DNA of 64,000 bases from Acidobacteriota bacterium (GTDB lineage: Bacteria; Acidobacteriota; Vicinamibacteria; Vicinamibacterales; SCN-69-37): contig CANIII010000017.1 in the NCBI GenBank assembly GCA_947467605.1, positions 28,052 to 92,051 of the forward strand, written 5' to 3'. Shown piece by piece: positions 26,673 to 35,334 of the stretch. The translations under genes were made by a program, and so were the position numbers. The notes beneath the pieces were generated by a model. That model ran no database searches and was not told where the DNA came from. It saw only the letters and a program-made list of their open reading frames with translations. Each line of letters begins with the position of its first letter. The first letter of the stretch is position 1.

Positions 26673-27926
26673 GTGAGCGCCGTAGTCGTCGAGCTCAGTC
26701 GTGGCGCCATGGATGCTGGCGAGCTTCGGCGGAGGCTCGGCATTTCGCCCCAGACCATGATGCGGATGGTTCGAGACGCGGGTCCTGCCATCGTCAGGAT
26801 CGGTCGCGCCCGCGCAACGCGATATGGCCTGCGGCAAGCGTGGCCCAATCTGCAGACCGCGAATTTCCCCGTCTTTCGGGTTGATCGGAACGGTGCGGCC
26901 ACGGCGGCTGGCGAACTCATTACGTTGGCGGCTCGTCAGGCGTTTTGGGCAACGGCGGGAGTGGTCTCCGATGGCTTGCCGGTGGAGCTGGCGGATGCGA
27001 GGCCCGCGGGGTTCCTCGGACGGCATTTTGCCGCAACACACGGCGATCTACGATTGCCGCTGCGTTTGGAAGACTGGTCGGATCATCACATTCTGCTGGC
27101 GATGACGCGGCGAGGCGAAGATCTGCCTGGCAATTTGATTGTTGGTGCCGAGTCGTTTGCCCGTTGGCAGGTGCTCGAGAATCGCGTGGGGACGCAGGGT
27201 GATTATCCGGCGATCGCCGAGGCGACGATTGCGGGGCATCCGCCACTGTCGTCTGCGGGCGGTGAGCGGCCCAAATTTGGAGTGATGGTGAATGGTCGCC
27301 ATGTGTTGGTGAAATTCGCCGCGCGTGGAGGCCCCGACGATCGAGCGGCGAGGCGCTGGTGTGATTTGCTCGTGCTCGAAGCACTCGCGTTGAATATCGT
27401 GTCGTCGTACGGGATTTCAGCGGCAACGACCCATCTCGTTGAGGCGTCCTCGCACGTGTTTCTTGAGAGCGAACGATTTGATCGCGCGGGCGCGCGCGGG
27501 CGTGTTGCCGTTCAGAGTCTGGCTGCCGTTCACAACGATCTCGCCGACTCCTGGGCGCAGGCCGCCGTGCAACTGGGGATCACCGGGCGGCTCGCCGAGG
27601 ACGATGCGCGACGTCTGCGGTGGCTCGATGCATTTGGCGCACTCATCGCCAACACGGATCGGCATCACTACAACGTGGTGTTCTTTTCAGAGGGCCCGCG
27701 CCTGCGCCTGGCGCCCGCGTTTGATCAGGTCTCGATGTTCTATGCGCCGGCCGCGGACGGGCAGGTGCCTGTTCGCGTGTTCGCGCGGCCGCATCCGACC
27801 GCGGAGACACTGGACGTGTGGGAAGAGGCGCGGGCCGCGGCGCAAGAGTTCTGGCAGCGAGCGAGCGATGATGCTCGTCTGTCAGACGACATGCGGGCGA
27901 TTGCTGCGGACAACGTCAGGGCGTGA
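26673..27926 (+). CDS. HipA-family Ser/Thr kinase toxin homolog with fused N-terminal HTH (YjjJ/HipH-like architecture)
   Basis: The N-terminus GELRRRLGISPQTMMRMVRDAG looks like an HTH. Kinase-core elements are the GERPKFGV loop, the catalytic loop NTDRHHYN (DxHxxN) and the LAPAFD Mg-binding motif. The start is uncertain: GTG 26673 or ATG 26709. A perfect TATAAT sits at 26658-26663. Confidence 0.7.
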   Translation: MSAVVVELSRGAMDAGELRRRLGISPQTMMRMVRDAGPAIVRIGRARATRYGLRQAWPNLQTANFPVFRVDRNGAATAAGELITLAARQAFWATAGVVSDGLPVELADARPAGFLGRHFAATHGDLRLPLRLEDWSDHHILLAMTRRGEDLPGNLIVGAESFARWQVLENRVGTQGDYPAIAEATIAGHPPLSSAGGERPKFGVMVNGRHVLVKFAARGGPDDRAARRWCDLLVLEALALNIVSSYGISAATTHLVEASSHVFLESERFDRAGARGRVAVQSLAAVHNDLADSWAQAAVQLGITGRLAEDDARRLRWLDAFGALIANTDRHHYNVVFFSEGPRLRLAPAFDQVSMFYAPAADGQVPVRVFARPHPTAETLDVWEEARAAAQEFWQRASDDARLSDDMRAIAADNVRA

Positions 27927-28011
27927 CGAGAGACCATAGACGTGGTGTCGCCGGGGCCGTGCCCTAGTCCAACCTGCACGTCTGGGTGTATTCTCGGCCA
28001 AAGGGTTTGAG

Positions 28012-28289
28012 ATGACACTCACAGATCGCGTCGAGATCAACGCTCGCGTCATGCTCGGCAAGCCGGTGATTCGCGGTACTCGGATTCCTGTCGAGTTGAT
28101 CCTGCGGAAGCTGAGCGAGGGGCCTCCGACTCGGATCTCATGGATGGCTACCCCTCATTGACGCTCGAGGACATTCACGCGGCTATTCGATACGCTGCGG
28201 ATACCTCGCGCACGAAGAAGTCGTCTTCATTGGCAGTGGGCAGCGCGATCCGCGCTAACGGTGCTGTTTCTCGCCGACGAGAGCTGTGA
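28012..28289 (+). pseudogene. DUF433-family antitoxin-like gene, frameshifted
   Basis: Frame 1 reads MTLTDRVEINARVMLGKPVIRGTRIPVELILRKLSEG and then runs into TGA at 28159-28161. The conserved continuation DLMDGYPSLTLEDIHAAIRYAAD is in the +1 frame. Adding one G to the G-run at 28119-28122 restores a single ORF. Confidence 0.6.
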
Positions 28290-28316
28290 CTTTGCGGTCG
28301 TGCGAGCCGTCGTCAA
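28261..28316 (+). pseudogene. DUF5615-like (PIN-like toxin) 5' remnant, truncated
   Basis: The GTG at 28261 gives VLFLADESCDFAVVRAV, which resembles DUF5615 N-termini. Similarity is lost where the sequence runs into the 3' end of the opposite-strand NYN gene (stop at 28317-28319). Confidence 0.35.
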
Positions 28317-28952
28317 TTACCAGGTCGCTGGCTTCGTGATCGTGCCGCCGGCGCCATCGGGAATCACATTGGGGAACTGTGCGAGCGGCAGTAGATTCAG
28401 AGGCAGCAGGCTGGCCTTGGACGCCGCAGCTTTCAGTTCAACATAGCCTCGGGCCGGATCTCTGGACGGCACGTAGACGACGACGCGCTTGCTGCCGAAG
28501 TTCTGGCGTACCGCCTTCACGGCGCCGAGCAGATCCGAGTCTCCCGTGACCAGCACCAGCTGATCGCAGGCGTTCAGATAGGCATCGGTCAGCATCGCGA
28601 CTGCGATGTTCACGTCGGTCTTCTTTTCCTGCTGGATGGCGAAGTACTTTCGCGTGCTCGTGGGCGAGGGGCACCCGTTGTGGGTGCATGCGATCTGTTT
28701 CTGCTTGAACGTCCCCAAGGTGATGTCAACCTTGGGTAGCGTTGCAAGAGCGCGCAGGAAGGCATCTTGGTTCGGTCGCGTCGGCCCGGTGATCTGCGCG
28801 GTGAAATACCGAATCAACACAATGTCGTCGTGGGGCCTGACGAGCTGGAAGAATTTTTCCAGGTTCAGCCACTTGTACGGGGTGCCTCTGACGGCCCCGT
28901 AGTAGAGGTTGAAGCCGTCGACATAGACGATGGTGCGAGGCTTTGCGGCCAT
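28317..28952 (-). CDS. NYN-domain (LabA/DUF88-like) putative ribonuclease
   Basis: The start MAAKPRTIVYVDGFNLYYG is followed by EKKTDVNIAVAML and LVLVTGDSDLLGAVKAV, the acidic NYN/PIN-like residues. GC is visibly lower than in neighbouring genes. Confidence 0.75.
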   Translation of the reverse strand: MAAKPRTIVYVDGFNLYYGAVRGTPYKWLNLEKFFQLVRPHDDIVLIRYFTAQITGPTRPNQDAFLRALATLPKVDITLGTFKQKQIACTHNGCPSPTSTRKYFAIQQEKKTDVNIAVAMLTDAYLNACDQLVLVTGDSDLLGAVKAVRQNFGSKRVVVYVPSRDPARGYVELKAAASKASLLPLNLLPLAQFPNVIPDGAGGTITKPATW

Positions 28953-28978
28953 AAAAAAAGGCGGTCATATAGACCGCC
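28953..28978 (-). terminator. Terminator of tRNA-Thr, abutting the NYN start codon
   Basis: The minus strand reads ggcggtc-tatat-gaccgcc followed by TTTTTTT, then immediately the ATG of the NYN gene (28952). Confidence 0.55.
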
Positions 28979-29058
28979 CAACCGGCTTTGACACCGGGGA
29001 GTTGTAGAAAGATCCTAAGCGCTAAGAACCGTCCAGGTCAAGTTCTTGGCAAGAAAGA

Positions 29059-29134
29059 TGGAGCCGACAACCAGACTTGAACTGGTGACCTGCTGATTAC
29101 GAATCAGCCGCTCTACCAACTGAGCTATGTCGGC
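29059..29134 (-). tRNA. tRNA-Thr (anticodon CGU), CCA encoded
   Basis: The reverse complement is GCCGACATAGCTCAGTTGGTAGAGCGGCTGATTCGTAATCAGCAGGTCACCAGTTCAAGTCTGGTTGTCGGCTCCA (76 nt). It folds as a cloverleaf: 7-bp acceptor, 4-bp D stem, 5-bp anticodon stem with loop TTCGTAA, 5-bp T stem with TTCAAGT. Confidence 0.95.
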
Positions 29135-29185
29135 ACTTGGTGGGACGAACGCCGCAACTAACGAACCCTAAGTCTATCGTTAAAA

Positions 29186-29229
29186 AGGGCAGTGGGGCAA
29201 TCGAGGTGTTGAGACCCCGATTGCCCCAC
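29186..29229 (-). terminator. Rho-independent terminator of the OmpA-like gene
   Basis: The 12-bp arms are gtggggcaatcg (29192-29203) and cgattgccccac (29218-29229). On the minus strand they are followed by tgcccttttta. Confidence 0.6.
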
Positions 29230-29251
29230 CGGTTGTAACGGGCGATTCCGT

Positions 29252-29938
29252 CTAGGCCAGAACCTTGATCACCACGCGGCGGTTCAGGGCGCGGCCGTCG
29301 CGGGTCTTGTTGTCGCCGACCGGGTTCTCCTCACCAAAGCTGATGATGTTCATTCGGAAGAGCGGCACCTGGTGCTGCTTGTAGAGGTACTCGCGCACGG
29401 CGTCTGCACGTGCCTGGCCGAGCTTCTTGTTCAGTTCCGGCGTGCCGGTCGAGTCCGTGTAACCCTCGATCTCAAAGTACGCGTTCTTCGGGTCGGCCTT
29501 CACCTTGGCCATGAGCTCGTCGAGCTTGGCCTTGGCCGCATCCGGCAGCTTCGCGTCGCCCAGCTTGAAGTTGCCCTGGCTCTCATCGAGCACCACGGTG
29601 AACATCAACCGACGGCTGTTCTTCTCCACTTCAGCGGCTTTCGCGGCTGCCGCGCCCGCCGCCGTGTTGGCCGCGTCCGCCTTCGTTCCGGCCGCATTCG
29701 CCGCGGTCTGCGCCGCGCCCGCCGCACCCGCTGCCGCGCCGGCCTTCGAATCCACGCCCGCGATCTTGTCTTCGTTCTGACGCGTGCGCTGCTGGTTCTC
29801 TTCAACGCTCTTCGAGAGACCGTCAACCTTTGTGTTCACGCCGCCCACCTGCTCGGTGACGAACTTCTTGGTCGCGCAGGCGGTGCTGCCGGCGAGAGCA
29901 AACGTGACGAGTACTGCAGTGATCAGTGATTTACGCAT
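29252..29938 (-). CDS. OmpA-family peptidoglycan-binding lipoprotein with Ala-rich coiled N-terminal part
   Basis: It has a lipoprotein-type signal (MRKSLITAVLVTFALAGSTAC). The C-terminal OmpA_C block is FEIEGYTDSTGTPELNKKLGQARADAVREYL..NRRVVIKV. Confidence 0.8.
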   Translation of the reverse strand: MRKSLITAVLVTFALAGSTACATKKFVTEQVGGVNTKVDGLSKSVEENQQRTRQNEDKIAGVDSKAGAAAGAAGAAQTAANAAGTKADAANTAAGAAAAKAAEVEKNSRRLMFTVVLDESQGNFKLGDAKLPDAAKAKLDELMAKVKADPKNAYFEIEGYTDSTGTPELNKKLGQARADAVREYLYKQHQVPLFRMNIISFGEENPVGDNKTRDGRALNRRVVIKVLA

Positions 29939-29977
29939 AGGGCCTCCTTAGGGCTCGTGCTGTGGTGTTGCTGTTCT

Positions 29978-30949
29978 CTATTGGCCCGCTGCGCGCACGC
30001 CAGCGTCATAGCCGGTTCGTGCCCGCACGAGCAGTTTCTGTTGCTTCACGCGCACGTCGAGCGCATGCCATCCCGGCGTGCCGTCCGACGCGAACGCCAT
30101 CAAATACTGATGATGCAAATCCGACGCAATCGCCCGCGTCGCCAGCATCGCCTCGCCAGGCGTGGTGACGATGAACGCTTCGCCACCAGTGCGTCGCGCG
30201 AGTTCCGAAAGATCCGCCGTCCGCGCCGCAGCGTTCGTGCGATCAACGACCGGCGTCGTGATCACGACGTAGACGGGCACATCAATGCCGGCCGCCATCC
30301 GCGACACCGTCATGGCCGTCGCACGGCTATCGGTGTCGAGCCCGTCTGTAATCACAAAGACCGCGCGCCGCGTGCGATGCTCAGTGACTTCATTCGCCGC
30401 CGTGGCCATGGCATCAAGCAACGCCGTCGTCCCGAACGCATCCACGTGCGCGAGCTGCTCAAGAATGTGACCGGGCGCGGCCTCAAACGGCTGGAGCCGC
30501 GACACATCACGATCGAAGCCGAGCAGCGATACCTGATCCACGCCCGCATCGAGCCACCCGAGCAACTGCCGCGTGGCATCGCGCCCGATGTCGATCTTGT
30601 CGCTGAGCCGCATGCTGCCACTGCGATCAAACAACACGACGACCGACGCGGCCGACGGTTCAAACCAGAAGCTGCTGATCGCGCGCGCCTCGCCGTTGTC
30701 GATGATCTCGAAATCATCCCGCTTCAACGTCGTCACCGGCGTGCCGTTCGACTCTCGCACCGCTGCAGTGATGGCCACCTGCGTGGCCGACGACTTGAAC
30801 GACGGCATCGCCGGGCGAACGTCCTGACTCGCGCCGGTTTGAGCGGCGACGGAACCACCGATGGCGGCGGCGACGATCAGGGCGAGGGGAAGGCGAGGCA
30901 CGCCAGTAGATGTATCAAGAGACGTGCCAGTCGTACAAGGGCCGGCCAA
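29978..30949 (-). CDS. VWA-domain protein (VWFA-related acidobacterial-domain type)
   Basis: The N-terminal part reads FKSSATQVAITAAVRESNGTPVTTLKRDDFEIIDNGEARAIS. The MIDAS motif is VVVLFDRSGSM. The start is uncertain: 30949, or GTG 30901. Confidence 0.75.
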   Translation of the reverse strand: MAGPCTTGTSLDTSTGVPRLPLALIVAAAIGGSVAAQTGASQDVRPAMPSFKSSATQVAITAAVRESNGTPVTTLKRDDFEIIDNGEARAISSFWFEPSAASVVVLFDRSGSMRLSDKIDIGRDATRQLLGWLDAGVDQVSLLGFDRDVSRLQPFEAAPGHILEQLAHVDAFGTTALLDAMATAANEVTEHRTRRAVFVITDGLDTDSRATAMTVSRMAAGIDVPVYVVITTPVVDRTNAAARTADLSELARRTGGEAFIVTTPGEAMLATRAIASDLHHQYLMAFASDGTPGWHALDVRVKQQKLLVRARTGYDAGVRAAGQ

Positions 30950-31069
30950 GGGTCGGCACGTGCAGATCTGTGCACCATGGGAGGTCCGGGCTGGTAAGAA
31001 CTACGTGCCGCGCCGATCCGGCGAGCAAGAACGACATGGTTTTGGGCACAGAAAGATTAAAGTGTTTGC

Positions 31070-31882
31070 ATGCTGCGTAGGGCTCTCGTGACCGTCGGAA
31101 TGCTGGCGCTGGGCGCGATCGCGTCTGCCCAGACACCGGCGCAACTGGCCCAGCTCACCAAGGCCCGGCAATCGCTCAACCAGGGCCAATACGATCAGGC
31201 CATTGCCGCCGCTGCGGATGCTCGCAAGGCGCCGATGCTCGCCGCCGCTGCGGACCTCGTGCTCGGCCGCGCATTCGTTGAGCGTTATCACGCGTCATCC
31301 GATAGCACCGACCTCCAGCAGGCGCACACCTTGCTCGCCGCAGTGGATCCGGTGCGCCTCGCGACGACCGATCGACGTGATCTGACCATCGGCCTTGGCC
31401 TCACGGTCTTCTTCGAAGGCCGACCCGGTGCCGCGGCCGAGCTGTTGGAAGTGGCGCTCGCGTCGCACATCGATGCGGCCGGAGGGGATCCCCGCGCGCG
31501 CGAAAGACTCTTCGACTGGTGGGCCACCGCCGTGGACCGCGCGGCTCAACTTGCGCCCGATGCCGGCCGCCACAAGTACTACCAGCGCATCGTGGAACAG
31601 AGCGAAGCGGAGCTCGCCCGAGACGCGTTGTCGTTAACGGCCGGCTACTGGCTGGCCGCCGGCGCGCGCGGCGCGGCCGAACTCGATCGCGCCTGGGACG
31701 CCGCTATCGCCGCCTGGATCCGCGCGAAGGGTCAGGCGAATCAAAGCGCTCGCGCTGATCTCGACGTGCTCGTGATCGCCGCCATCATCCCAGAACGCGC
31801 CCGCGCACTCGACCCGCGCGCCACGCAGGCCCTCATCTCCGCCATGCGCGCGGAGTGGGAACAGATCAAGAGCAGCTGGTAG
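31070..31882 (+). CDS. Hypothetical secreted all-helical protein
   Basis: It has the signal peptide MLRRALVTVGMLALGAIASAQ, Ala/Leu-rich helical composition, and coding-like GC3. Confidence 0.45.
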   Translation: MLRRALVTVGMLALGAIASAQTPAQLAQLTKARQSLNQGQYDQAIAAAADARKAPMLAAAADLVLGRAFVERYHASSDSTDLQQAHTLLAAVDPVRLATTDRRDLTIGLGLTVFFEGRPGAAAELLEVALASHIDAAGGDPRARERLFDWWATAVDRAAQLAPDAGRHKYYQRIVEQSEAELARDALSLTAGYWLAAGARGAAELDRAWDAAIAAWIRAKGQANQSARADLDVLVIAAIIPERARALDPRATQALISAMRAEWEQIKSSW

Positions 31883-31888
31883 GGCTTT

Positions 31889-32440
31889 CTACTTTAACAA
31901 CGTCGCGATGGTGTTCGCCTTGTCGGCGAGCTGCCATGCGTAGACGACGTTCTTGGCTTTCAGCGCATCGTCGGCCTGCTTGAGGAAGCGCTTGGCGGTG
32001 TCGTACTGCGCCTTACCGTCGCCGCTGAGCGACTTGTAGTCGATCTTGTCGAGCGCGCGCTCCGCAGAGTCTCTCAGCGTGCGCGCGTTTTGCTCGAGCT
32101 CGCCTTGCTTGGCTGATGCCTCAAGCGGCGTCGGTGTCGCCGGCGCGGGTGCTGGCGTCACTGGCGCGGGGGCCGGCGTTGCTGCGGGCCGTGACGCCGG
32201 CGGGTCTGTCCGTCCACGCGTCGAGTTGTTGTTGAGAGCCGCGGGCGGCGTCGTCTGGACCTGTGTTTCCACAATTGGCAGCGGCGGCGGTTCTGGTGCA
32301 GCCGGTACCACCACATGCATCGGTGCTGCCGGGATGGCCAGCGGCACCGAGTCGGGCATCAGGACCTGCGCCTTCGCGCCACAGCCTCCGGCCAGCAGCG
32401 CAGCGGCGCCAAGGGCGAGGAGGATGGGCAAACGGCGCAT
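31889..32440 (-). CDS. Hypothetical lipoprotein with Pro/Ala/Thr-rich linker
   Basis: It has the lipobox LLAGGC, the linker PAPAPVTPAPAPATPTP, and a helical C-terminal domain. It is the last gene of the NtrC/kinase operon, 6 nt after the kinase stop. Confidence 0.5.
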   Translation of the reverse strand: MRRLPILLALGAAALLAGGCGAKAQVLMPDSVPLAIPAAPMHVVVPAAPEPPPLPIVETQVQTTPPAALNNNSTRGRTDPPASRPAATPAPAPVTPAPAPATPTPLEASAKQGELEQNARTLRDSAERALDKIDYKSLSGDGKAQYDTAKRFLKQADDALKAKNVVYAWQLADKANTIATLLK

Positions 32441-32446
32441 GCTTGA

Positions 32447-33913
32447 TTATTGCGCGGTTTGCGCAGGTTCAACAGGCAACGTCACGGTGAACGTCGTGCC
32501 TCGTCCCGGTGCCGACTCCACCTTGATATCGCCGTCATGGAGCTGCACCGTGCGGTAGACCATGGCGAGGCCGATGCCCGTGCCGTCTTCTTTGGTCGTG
32601 AAGTAGAGATTGAAAATCTTGTCGAGCTGGTCGGCCGGGATGCCCACACCAGAATCGGCCACGGCCACTGACACACGGCCGCCCGACAAGCGCGCGGCGG
32701 TGATCCGCAATGTGCCGCCGTTCGGCATCGCCTGACATCCATTCAATGCCAGATTCAGCAGGGCATTCTGGAGCGACGACGCGTCGGCGTGCACGTCGGG
32801 CAGATCTGCGGGGCACTCGACGACCACGCGGACGCCGGCGCGTTCGCCTTCGGCTTCGGCGACGTGCTTGATGTCGTTGAGCATGGCCAGCAGTGATGTT
32901 GCGCGCAACGTCAGCTGCTCAGGGCGCGAGAACTTCAGGAAGTTCTGCACAACCTCGTCGAGGCGGCGCAGCTGGCCCATGATCACGGCGAGATGCTCGG
33001 TGGCCTCGCGCGAACCGCCCATCTGCGTGCGCAGGAGCTCAAGGTGAATCGACATCGCGTTGAGCGGATTCTTGATCTCGTGCGCGATGCCGGCTGAGAG
33101 GCGGCTCAGCGCAACCAGACGTTTCGCATCCTTCTGTTGTCCGTCGCCGCCGGCTGCCAATCGAGCCCCGATGGCTTTGATCGATTCACTCACGTCGCGC
33201 AACTCCGCATCGTCAGGCAGATCGACTTCCGCGTCGAACTCGCCACGGCCGAGACGTGCGACGCCGCTGCTGATCACGGAGATGGGGCGCAGGATGACGT
33301 TGGCGAGCAGCATGGCGACAAACACGGTGCCGACGAGGACGCCGAGGATCGGCAGCCGGAGCAGGACCAGCGCCTCATTCATCTGCTTGCGAAGCAGCAG
33401 CGTGGAGACGCCGACATGGATCGCGCCAAATGCGTTGCCGCCGGCGATCAGCAGATCCTTCTTCACGTCGTACGTGCCGCCACCCGGCGTGTAGATCGCG
33501 CGAATCTGGCGAATGGATCCGGCTTCGATCAGCTTCGAGAGCTGACCGCTGACGACGAGCGCTTTGCCGACCAGGGCAGGGTCGGGATCGTTGTGCGCGA
33601 TGATGTTGCCCTGCGCGTCGGTGATCGCGGCAAAGGTGACGCTGCTCGAATACAGCGACGCTTCGAGGATCGACCGCAGGCCCGCGTCGTTGCGGAGCGC
33701 GGCGGGCAGATCGCCCGTAGTGTCTTCGGCCGCCACCGCAAACGCACGCTGGTAAATCATGTTGGCGACCAGATCACCCGGGGCCTGCGTCTGCTTGAGC
33801 CACTCACGCACCATCAGCCCAAGATAGATCGTCGTCAGCGCGCCAATTGCGAGCGTGACGATCAGCGTGACGCCAATGACCTGCTTGGCTTTCAGGCCGA
33901 GCCGGAACGACAT
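32447..33913 (-). CDS. Sensor histidine kinase (2 TM, HAMP, HisKA, HATPase_c)
   Basis: The H-box is LSAGIAHEIKNPLNAM, with the N/G boxes NLALNGCQAM and DSGVGI, GTGIGLAMV. Confidence 0.85.
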   Translation of the reverse strand: MSFRLGLKAKQVIGVTLIVTLAIGALTTIYLGLMVREWLKQTQAPGDLVANMIYQRAFAVAAEDTTGDLPAALRNDAGLRSILEASLYSSSVTFAAITDAQGNIIAHNDPDPALVGKALVVSGQLSKLIEAGSIRQIRAIYTPGGGTYDVKKDLLIAGGNAFGAIHVGVSTLLLRKQMNEALVLLRLPILGVLVGTVFVAMLLANVILRPISVISSGVARLGRGEFDAEVDLPDDAELRDVSESIKAIGARLAAGGDGQQKDAKRLVALSRLSAGIAHEIKNPLNAMSIHLELLRTQMGGSREATEHLAVIMGQLRRLDEVVQNFLKFSRPEQLTLRATSLLAMLNDIKHVAEAEGERAGVRVVVECPADLPDVHADASSLQNALLNLALNGCQAMPNGGTLRITAARLSGGRVSVAVADSGVGIPADQLDKIFNLYFTTKEDGTGIGLAMVYRTVQLHDGDIKVESAPGRGTTFTVTLPVEPAQTAQ

Positions 33914-35292
33914 CAGCCGGCGTTCTCGGCGTCCGCCGCTTCGAGGCCGGCGGCTTTCAATTTGTTGTGCAGGGTCTTCACGCTGATGCCGAGCATGCCG
34001 GCGGCTTTGGTCTTGTTGCCGCCGGTGTGCGCGAGCGTCACGTCGATGAGCTTGCGCTCCAATTCATCCACGGTCATGCCGGCCGCGACCTCGCCTGGCG
34101 AGACGGGTGTGGCTGCGACCGCCACATCGGCGAGACCGGGCAGATCGGCCGGGGTCAGCAGCGGGCCGCGCGCGATGATCACGCCGCGTTCGATGACGTT
34201 GCGCAGTTCGCGCACATTGCCCGGCCAACGATGTCGCATCAGTCGGTCCATCGCCGCGGCATCCGCGCCGCCGACGGACTTGTGGTTGGCTGAGGCAAAT
34301 TCACGGATGAACGCGTCAACCAGCAGCGGGATGTCGTCGGTGCGGTCCCGCAGCGGCGGCAGCTGAATGCCGATCACGTTCAATCGGTAGAAGAGGTCTT
34401 CGCGCAGCTTGCCCTCGTCGATCGCCTTCTTGGTGTTCAAGTTGGTCGCGGCAATCACGCGGATGTCGACGGACTTCTCGTCGGTGCCACCGACGATGCG
34501 GAAGCGGCGTTCTTGAAGCGCGCGCAGGAGCTTGGCTTGCGTGGCCGGCGTCATCTCGGCCACTTCGTCGAGGAAGAGCGTGCCGCGATCGGCGAGTTCA
34601 AAGCAGCCCTGACGTCGCGCGAGTGCGCCGGTGAACGCGCCTTTCTCGTGGCCGAAGAGTTCACTTTCCATCAGCGTGTCGGGAATCGCGGCGCAGTTGA
34701 CGGCCACAAACGGCGCGTTCTTGCGCGGGCTCGCCTGATGGATGGCCTGCGCCACGAGTTCCTTGCCCGTGCCCGATTCGCCGGTGATGAGTACAGATGC
34801 GTTGGTGGGCCCCGCCTGCTCGATGACGCGATAGACCTGCTGCATCTCGGGGCTCTGCCCGATCATGGGGCCCATCTGGCCCTGATCACGGAGACGTCGT
34901 TTCAGCGATTCGACTTCACGCTGTGTGCGGCCGCGATCCAGGATCTGATCGATGACAATCCGCAAACGCTGCGGATCCACCGGCTTCATCAGGTAGTCGT
35001 ACGCGCCGTCTTTGATGGCTTCGATGGCGGTTTCAATCGAACCCTGCGCGGTGAGGATCACGACCACGATGGACGGGTCGTGCTGCTTCACCGACTTCAG
35101 CAGATCGATGCCGCTCATGCGCGGCATCACCATGTCGCTCAAGACGATGGTGGGTGGGCGGAGGACCACTTTCTGGAGGGCCTCTTCGCCGTCGCCTGCG
35201 ACGTCTACGTCGAAGCCCCAGCTGCGGATCAGCTGCTGGAGGCCGACACGTGCGGCGGGGTTGTCTTCCGCGATCAGGATCGAGTCAGGCAT
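33913..35292 (-). CDS. Sigma-54-dependent response regulator (NtrC/Fis family)
   Basis: It has a receiver ([21 protein letters not shown]), an AAA+ domain ([21 protein letters not shown]) and a C-terminal Fis HTH ([21 protein letters not shown]). Its TGA overlaps the kinase ATG by 1 nt. Confidence 0.9.
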   Translation of the reverse strand: MPDSILIAEDNPAARVGLQQLIRSWGFDVDVAGDGEEALQKVVLRPPTIVLSDMVMPRMSGIDLLKSVKQHDPSIVVVILTAQGSIETAIEAIKDGAYDYLMKPVDPQRLRIVIDQILDRGRTQREVESLKRRLRDQGQMGPMIGQSPEMQQVYRVIEQAGPTNASVLITGESGTGKELVAQAIHQASPRKNAPFVAVNCAAIPDTLMESELFGHEKGAFTGALARRQGCFELADRGTLFLDEVAEMTPATQAKLLRALQERRFRIVGGTDEKSVDIRVIAATNLNTKKAIDEGKLREDLFYRLNVIGIQLPPLRDRTDDIPLLVDAFIREFASANHKSVGGADAAAMDRLMRHRWPGNVRELRNVIERGVIIARGPLLTPADLPGLADVAVAATPVSPGEVAAGMTVDELERKLIDVTLAHTGGNKTKAAGMLGISVKTLHNKLKAAGLEAADAENAG

Positions 35293-35334
35293 CGGTGCCC
35301 CAATGGTATCTGGCTTATCGGGCCATTGCTTGCG

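Noticed and set aside
26591-29134. Calling the tRNA-Thr-adjacent segment a bona fide integrative element.
   Set aside because: No integrase, excisionase or direct repeat of the tRNA 3' end was visible. It is reported only as a possible decayed islet.
29957-30997. A 346-aa plus-strand ORF overlapping the VWA gene.
   Set aside because: The minus-strand frame carries a MIDAS motif (DRSGSM) and an acidobacterial VWFA-type N-terminus. The plus-strand product is Arg-rich low-information sequence.
31040-31075. A sigma-54-like GGGCAC ... TTGCA upstream of the 31070 gene.
   Set aside because: The spacing between the GG and GC elements is far too long, and the TTGCA overlaps the start codon.
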